DNA of 64,000 bases from a virus. Taxonomy: Duplodnaviria; Caudoviricetes. This document shows, in pieces, positions 57,913 through 64,000 of the stretch. The stretch spans positions 32,001-96,000 of the IMG/VR virus record IMGVR_UViG_3300033067_001757, one strand, 5' to 3'. Under the pieces are notes generated by a model that ran no database searches, was not told the origin of the DNA, and saw only the letters and a program-made list of their open reading frames with translations. The translations under genes were made by a program, and so were the position numbers. The number at the start of each line of letters is the position of its first letter. The stretch's first letter is position 1.

Positions 57913-58535
57913 TTAAATGATGTAGTGTTCAAACGCTTTATACATTTGAGCAGGTATAGTATTATAACTTCTTTGGAAACGATCCGGAGCCAATGACCAT
58001 ATTTCATATTTGGAATATATGCGATTATACCATTTTCGCTTTAGTTCACAGTACATAATTCCATAGAAATATGTATTAGATTTCTTTTTGTATCGGTATA
58101 TGTCTACCGGGAGTTTATATTTATGTATTTTTTTTATCGCTCTTTTTCACAATCAAGTTCCAAAGCAACTACTAATTCCCTACTCTTTTTAATTTGACCC
58201 GGTGTTAATTCTACTCTATGGTCAAGCCATTCAAAAAAATTATTTAAACCATGTCCACATCTGTTCCAAAAAGTTTTATCTTCCAGGAATTGATCCATAT
58301 GACACGATTCATGTATCAATAGACCCATCCATTTTGTAATGTCTTTATCGTATACAGAAATAGCCATTTCTCTTAAATCTGATGAAAAATACCCAACACT
58401 ACCAATAAGGTCCGAAGGATCACTATAAACCAGAGATTGATCTGTAACTCGTATGTTTATATTGTTATCTGATGCCTTTTTTATTGTATCATCAACAAAC
58501 TTTGTATATGATTTAGGATAAGTTGGTAACTGCAT
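57913..58535 (-). CDS. HExxH zinc-metallopeptidase-like protein, split by an A-run indel near 58144
   Basis: LIHESCHMDQ...LELDCEK; adding one A continues RAIKKIHKYKLPVD...FEHYII to a stop at 57913. Confidence 0.65.
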
Positions 58536-58597
58536 AAATAAAAAAGTTCTACATATATAAATATTGTAGAACTCTTAAATAAAAATTTGGAAATGTC

Positions 58598-59086
58598 TTA
58601 GAAATTGTTTATTTGACCACTATTTGCAATAGTCAATTCCATCGTACTAAAAGCATCTGCAGACCAATCAAATTCAGGCCCGAATGCAAATGTTTTAACA
58701 TACGCTTTTTTAATAATCCATTCGCCGACCACTGAACCTACGGGATCAAGTACTCTGAAAGTTAAATCTTTCCAGTAAAAATCGGCGTAACCAGCACGAC
58801 CTGTAACAACTTCATATCCTAACCGTGCCCACTCCATAACCGCCTGGGCACCAGATGGTGCAACCGGGTTATATAGACTAAGGGTAATATCGTTCCAGCG
58901 CCTTTTAGCTCTGGTTTTGAAGTAAGTATTAATATGATCTATAACTACCTCACCGTCATCAAAACCAATACCTCCGACTTTCTTAATAAGGTAAGAAGGT
59001 ATCCCATCAATATACATGATGAACCTGTGTTGAAGAATTGGATCAAATACTGTGTTGTCTAATTCATTAGGGTCTAATATCGGCAT
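58598..59086 (-). CDS. tail tube protein (gp19-like)
   Basis: RFIMYIDGIPSY, WNDITLSLY.P, GRAGYADFY.KD, LDPVG.VV.EW. Confidence 0.9.
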   Translation of the reverse strand: MPILDPNELDNTVFDPILQHRFIMYIDGIPSYLIKKVGGIGFDDGEVVIDHINTYFKTRAKRRWNDITLSLYNPVAPSGAQAVMEWARLGYEVVTGRAGYADFYWKDLTFRVLDPVGSVVGEWIIKKAYVKTFAFGPEFDWSADAFSTMELTIANSGQINNF

Positions 59087-59119
59087 TCTATTGTGTTTGT
59101 ACTATTATAAATATCAATC

Positions 59120-61366
59120 TTAATTAAAAGTCACTCCGCTACCGTTGATAGAGAAACTCAACAGTATAAACTCAATCGTTTTAGTCGGTGACAGGTAAAT
59201 GTTTACCACCAGTTGGTTACGATCTATCACGTCCGAAGTATTGTTTGAATCGTCGACCTGAACACGGTAAGCGTACAGACCTTGCTTCTGTTTTACATTC
59301 TCCATGAATGGATTCAGTATGTTTCTCAGCTTGATCTGTGTATTGTTGGTATTCTGTTCGAAAACGAACGCATTAGAAGCGTTTACAACGAATGATCTCA
59401 GCGCGATGAGTAAACGGCGTACATTGATACGGTTAAGCGCTGTATCAGCCACTTGCAATGTCTTCTGACCAAATATTGATACACCATTGTTATTGGATTT
59501 GATCAACGGATTGATACGGGCTTGGTAAAGAGTATCTCTATCAGCTTTGTACAATCTGTATTTGGTATCAATAGCTCCACCAAGACCACCACGACCTATG
59601 CCTGCAGGTGCAAACCAAGGTTCGGCCACTGCATCATTGTATGCATATGCCTGTGGAACGATAACTGAAGGTGGAATAAAGATTGATTTATTACTTCCAA
59701 TGTCTTTAACGAGTACCCACGGATGATATGTTGCACTATAATTAGAATCAAGACCAGCAGCAGTAGCCACAGCGGTAGCGATTGTCTCATTAGGCCCGGT
59801 TAAATCTCTGATATAAACAGCATCGGTACGATTTTCACACATTGTTTCTGCAAGAGCAGTTACAGCAGAGTGATATTGTTCAATTATACCTGGTAAAGTC
59901 AGCAACCCGAATGAATATGCTTCCGGATTAGATAATATATTGATTGCTTTTTGATATGCTGCGGTTCCACCTGTTGTACTTGTCGATAAATCGAATCCAA
60001 ATACGTTAGTACCATTAGCCAGTATCTTTTCACCAATCTTTTTGATCACCGCGAAGTTTGTACCATCTGTACCACCCTGGAACGGTATAGTAAATTTGTT
60101 CTCATTCGTTGTTTTGGTGAAAGGAACGTTACTACCGGTACCCGCTTCGGTTGGGATTGGGTTAAGATAGTTTGTATTGTCGCTATTAGCGAAATTGAAA
60201 CCTGAATATGTTGTTGAGCTCGTTGTACTGAATACAAATGAAGCACTTGGTAGTGTGTATCCTGAAAAACCAGCAATAGGTTCATATATAGCTTCGAAAC
60301 CAACCGGAATAAGGTTAGGAGTCACGGAACCAGCTTCTACTCCACCGTCTATTTCTACACGAACGTATTTAGAGATGTTTGGATAGTAACCGTGATCAAG
60401 AACTCTTAACAGAGTCTCATCATAGTCGCTATATTTGTCACCGATTTTCTTACCGATGTAATTAGCAGCATCCGGATCAAGACTCACACCTGAATATTGT
60501 TCAATTACAGAAGGAGTTCGATCTGTATCGTTCCATGCTCTTACGAGAATATCGAATGTTGAGTAAATACTTGAGTCAGTATTCTTTGAAATATTTGCAA
60601 TGGATATCTTAATATCCTTATTTGTCTTAAACCCATGTGAACGGTGTACAAATCTGAATAATCTTACACCGCTATCGGATAATATCCACGGAGTTTTAGC
60701 AGCATCGTAACCTTCAGCGTATGAACTGGTGAACGTTATAGCTGAACCATTGAATATCAATGATCCGCTGGCAGAAGCTGCCGGTGTAACGGATCCTGTG
60801 AAGTAATTTGCAAAATGTATGTAAGGATATGCGCTTGAAGTAGCATAATTCTCATCAGTACCAATCATTTTCAACAAATAGTTGTTATCTGTCGGTGACA
60901 ATGACGCTGAAATAATCCTTGTAGTAATCTGACTACCACTTAATGTGAGTACGAAGTTATTGAAAGCACTTGCTGATGGTATAGATGAACTATTCAGTGC
61001 AGCGGTTGCAGCATTGTCGTTCTTTGAAGGGAATAAAACAGATATAATCTTAGAACCGCTTACAATTGCTGCTACTTTACGGGTAGTATTGAATACAAAC
61101 CCACCGTTACCCAATACTCTGGTAACTTTTGCAGTGCTGCCAGCTTGTAAATAATTATAAACAGCCTGTGGAACATAAGTTTCACCGGTATTTGTACCAA
61201 ACTTAGACACGAAATCGGCATAAGATGTCACATCCGTAGGAACGTATGCTGCACCTTTTTCAGTTGGGCCAACGATAGCCAAACCTGTAGCGACCTGACC
61301 TGGTGGTATATATGATTGGTCAATTTCTGATGAATAGACACCCGGGCTTAAGATTTGTTCTGTCAT
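59120..61366 (-). CDS. contractile tail sheath protein (gp18-like)
   Basis: SPGVY..EID, GPTEKG, WFAPAG..RG, GQKTL, RINVRRLL, FEQN. Confidence 0.95.
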   Translation of the reverse strand: MTEQILSPGVYSSEIDQSYIPPGQVATGLAIVGPTEKGAAYVPTDVTSYADFVSKFGTNTGETYVPQAVYNYLQAGSTAKVTRVLGNGGFVFNTTRKVAAIVSGSKIISVLFPSKNDNAATAALNSSSIPSASAFNNFVLTLSGSQITTRIISASLSPTDNNYLLKMIGTDENYATSSAYPYIHFANYFTGSVTPAASASGSLIFNGSAITFTSSYAEGYDAAKTPWILSDSGVRLFRFVHRSHGFKTNKDIKISIANISKNTDSSIYSTFDILVRAWNDTDRTPSVIEQYSGVSLDPDAANYIGKKIGDKYSDYDETLLRVLDHGYYPNISKYVRVEIDGGVEAGSVTPNLIPVGFEAIYEPIAGFSGYTLPSASFVFSTTSSTTYSGFNFANSDNTNYLNPIPTEAGTGSNVPFTKTTNENKFTIPFQGGTDGTNFAVIKKIGEKILANGTNVFGFDLSTSTTGGTAAYQKAINILSNPEAYSFGLLTLPGIIEQYHSAVTALAETMCENRTDAVYIRDLTGPNETIATAVATAAGLDSNYSATYHPWVLVKDIGSNKSIFIPPSVIVPQAYAYNDAVAEPWFAPAGIGRGGLGGAIDTKYRLYKADRDTLYQARINPLIKSNNNGVSIFGQKTLQVADTALNRINVRRLLIALRSFVVNASNAFVFEQNTNNTQIKLRNILNPFMENVKQKQGLYAYRVQVDDSNNTSDVIDRNQLVVNIYLSPTKTIEFILLSFSINGSGVTFN

Positions 61367-61460
61367 TTGATTATTAAAAAATTATGAGGAAAAGTGTATT
61401 TAACTATAAATAAATATCATGTGGTATGTGTAGAAAAATATCGTTATTGATAGCTTACGA

Positions 61461-63302
61461 TTAAAAAAATGCTGCCCAGGATGATCCATTATGAAAATAT
61501 GGCTTAGCTGTACCCGAACTTCCAGATACCGCAATCATCCCTAATCGTCCTGTTGGTAATGGATTTGAAGGTTTCAATAATAAGAAACTTGCTATTTCGG
61601 CAGAACCACTGATACTTAAACTTCCACTTATAAAAGATGATCCTGATATACTAAAACTGGCTGATTGAATAGCAGATGATTGATTTCTGATGGTAACAGA
61701 AGGATTATCTGACACAAGAGTAGAAACAGTTGACGAACCTATATAAAATTTATAGGAGCTCCCGGCTATCGGTTTAAAATTACTTCCACCGAGTTTAAAA
61801 TTTACAGAATCAACAAGAGTAGTATTTGCGGTGTTGAAATTAGCGATTATTTCCTGGCCACCGATACCGTTTAAAAATCCTGTAAAATTTGTAGCAGATG
61901 TATCATTAAAAGATATCACATTAGAACCGCTGACATCTTGTGTTGTTGCACCGTCAATTTTAGATGCTATTGAGTTCACAAATGGAATACCGACAGGCTT
62001 AAACTGCAACGATGATAACACAGCATAATGATCATCATCAGCATGGAATCTCAAACCAGGTGAAGAAGTATTTAATCTGGTAATTAAACTACCGCTATGA
62101 TCAAAAGAACTATTAGAAAATACTATATTTGTCAACGGTTGGAACAAAACATCCTCAGCAAATTCTGCAATTACTTTTCTATAATTATGAGTAGGTACAT
62201 CATCACCATAATCTCCGAATATCACTCTGGGTCTATATCTCAGATTATTATTATTTGAAGGGGCCATATTCTCAAGAAATGACCAGCTAACTCCACCGTC
62301 TGTTTGAATGCTGGAAGTATGAACAGGGCGAGTCGCACCGGTAGTTCCTGTGGTAGTAGCTCTGTAATATGAATACTCATTTACAATGATTTCACCGGTA
62401 GTAGTTGGACGCCCCGAATACCAATAACATAGATCTGCCCCACTCATACTATAAAATAATCCACCGTTATGATCAACAGGTACATTAAAATTCTGAGGTT
62501 GTAGATTGGCAATAGTCATTGCCTTATAAGTATTGTTCAGGAACGTGAACTCTATAGGTTGCCACGCTCCGGCAAAGTTTCCTTGATTTTTTGAATTTAT
62601 ACGATATACACCGGTACCGTTGTAACCACCATCATTCGCATAAAAACCACCGTCTCTATAATCTAATTGTCCTTCAGCGATCGTACTCTCAATATCATCC
62701 ATCCCAATTTTTAATGCTGAATATTGACCACCTGGATAAGGAGTGTTTGGATATTTACCTTTAGGCATGATATACAACGCCGCGTTCTTTGCATTCTTAA
62801 ATCCTCTCATTGTAATATGAGAATCACCTAAACCTGATGGTAGTTCTATTGTTGTGGATGTACCATAAGAAAAACTACCACTATTACCATCAAATATAAT
62901 CACATCATCAAGTTTATTATCGGCTATACTTTCTCTGTCATACATAACTCCTGAAGGAATATATATGGACTTCTTACCGTTGTCAAGTACTGTACTGAGT
63001 ATATTTGTATTCTGTAGAGAAGTTTTTCCGATACCAGCCCCCGAAAGTCTTAGATCATAAAATACTGCTTCGGTAGCATAAGTAGCTGAACCTGATACTG
63101 ATCCTGTAATTCCTCCGGCAACATTCAAATTCCTCTTGATATATACCTGATCAGTTCCTTGTACACTTCCTGTACCGATTGTCAATGATCCTGATACTAA
63201 AAGATCAACACTGGAACTATGAGTAAAAGCATTTATCAATTGAGAAACGTCTGAAGCTAAAACAACGTTACCAGTAACTATATTGGATTTATTTAAAGGC
63301 AT
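61461..63302 (-). CDS. tail fibre/virion appendage protein
   Basis: SGS-rich; internal W...G......Y....GTTG...P.H.....DG.V.W carbohydrate-binding-like module; late motif at 63317-63328. Confidence 0.65.
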   Translation of the reverse strand: MPLNKSNIVTGNVVLASDVSQLINAFTHSSSVDLLVSGSLTIGTGSVQGTDQVYIKRNLNVAGGITGSVSGSATYATEAVFYDLRLSGAGIGKTSLQNTNILSTVLDNGKKSIYIPSGVMYDRESIADNKLDDVIIFDGNSGSFSYGTSTTIELPSGLGDSHITMRGFKNAKNAALYIMPKGKYPNTPYPGGQYSALKIGMDDIESTIAEGQLDYRDGGFYANDGGYNGTGVYRINSKNQGNFAGAWQPIEFTFLNNTYKAMTIANLQPQNFNVPVDHNGGLFYSMSGADLCYWYSGRPTTTGEIIVNEYSYYRATTTGTTGATRPVHTSSIQTDGGVSWSFLENMAPSNNNNLRYRPRVIFGDYGDDVPTHNYRKVIAEFAEDVLFQPLTNIVFSNSSFDHSGSLITRLNTSSPGLRFHADDDHYAVLSSLQFKPVGIPFVNSIASKIDGATTQDVSGSNVISFNDTSATNFTGFLNGIGGQEIIANFNTANTTLVDSVNFKLGGSNFKPIAGSSYKFYIGSSTVSTLVSDNPSVTIRNQSSAIQSASFSISGSSFISGSLSISGSAEIASFLLLKPSNPLPTGRLGMIAVSGSSGTAKPYFHNGSSWAAFF

Positions 63303-63326
63303 TTATTGAGTATTTGTATATAAATA

Positions 63327-64000
63327 TCATGGAAGAACAATAGGAGTCGATGTTGGGTAAGTGATAGTACCATAAAATGCTACCGCATTTGTGCTTGCTC
63401 CGGATATAAGAATCACATATCCGTTATCAGCCGAATTTACAGCTATTGCCACCTTTGAGTTATTTGCTACGGGATTAGTAACATTTGATGTAAAACCACC
63501 TGCTCCATAAAACAATACTTCATTGGCGGTACCAAAACCTGCTGGCTCATAAGGTACAGGACTACCGGATGGTAATGGTATTGACGCAAGTGTTACACCG
63601 ATTCCTGGTCCCGAATATCTTAAATTAAAAACCAAAGATGACATATTACCAACTCTTGTCCACTGAAAAGTATTATTCGTACTACCGCTGGGAGCAGCCG
63701 TGGCAGTATATGCAATTGTTCCGCTGTAAGCAGATGATGATACTTCAGAGAAAACTAATCCGGCAATCGAGGCACTGACTGATCTGAGACTGGAGCTTGT
63801 TGATAATATTCGAGTATCAAGTGATGAACTTGCTATGTAATAAGATGATGTGAAAATATTATAGCTGGAACTCAACCAAAACAAAGAAGAAGAGTCGTTG
63901 GATATTCTGGAATTAAATGAGGCCGAATCAGTTAAATATGATGATGTAAGCAAATATTTCGATTCGCTTTGGTAAACATTATTGATACGTAGATCAAATG
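63327..64000 (-). CDS. Ser-rich tail fibre-like protein, 5' end outside the window
   Basis: Frame stays open to the window edge; SSS/SAS repeats; C-terminal WTRVGN...LP fibre-tip-like domain. Confidence 0.6.
   Translation of the reverse strand, partial: FDLRINNVYQSESKYLLTSSYLTDSASFNSRISNDSSSLFWLSSSYNIFTSSYYIASSSLDTRILSTSSSLRSVSASIAGLVFSEVSSSAYSGTIAYTATAAPSGSTNNTFQWTRVGNMSSLVFNLRYSGPGIGVTLASIPLPSGSPVPYEPAGFGTANEVLFYGAGGFTSNVTNPVANNSKVAIAVNSADNGYVILISGASTNAVAFYGTITYPTSTPIVLP

Noticed and set aside
219-62028. Many plus-strand ORFs of 60-135 aa in the track
   Set aside because: They lie antisense to well-supported minus-strand genes and show no motifs or promoters; only 53329..53523 was kept
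1-64000. Stop-codon reassignment
   Set aside because: Long conserved genes translate intact with the standard code, and TAA, TAG and TGA all end genes
1-64000. tRNA, rRNA, integrase or transposase genes
   Set aside because: No cloverleaf or recombinase motifs seen by eye; intergenic gaps are short and explained by promoters and terminators. A tRNAscan run would confirm

Overview
A 64-kb piece of a large, lytic, T4-like myovirus genome. Almost every gene is on the minus strand. Eight matches to the Bacteroidota housekeeping promoter (TTTG-N19/20-TAnnTTTG) point to a Bacteroidota host. In transcription order (right to left): tail fibre-like genes, sheath, tube, tail chaperone pair, tape measure and baseplate genes (64-47.6 kb); a replication and nucleotide block with PolA-like, SSB, RecA, flap nuclease, helicase, class II RNR, a PRS-like/macrodomain/NAMPT-like NAD trio, SMC-like ATPase, DUF5664-HAD fusion, dUTPase, PolB, clamp, GroES/EL and clamp loader (47-17 kb); and a glycosyltransferase/methyltransferase-rich accessory region (16.5-0 kb). 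Best leads: (1) three stand-alone mini-proteins resembling conserved motifs of the major capsid protein and large terminase, plus a serine-less ACP look-alike, possibly a decoy set; (2) PolB apparently starting at AUU behind a strong AGGAGG; (3) a NARP1-like operon with a macrodomain inserted; (4) a shared capsid-targeting-like leader on an Acb1-like and an ART-like enzyme; (5) a probable +1 tail-chaperone frameshift; (6) three recurring cis motifs. Several genes are broken by 1-nt homopolymer indels that look like sequencing errors. All protein-family calls come from motif recognition, not database searches.
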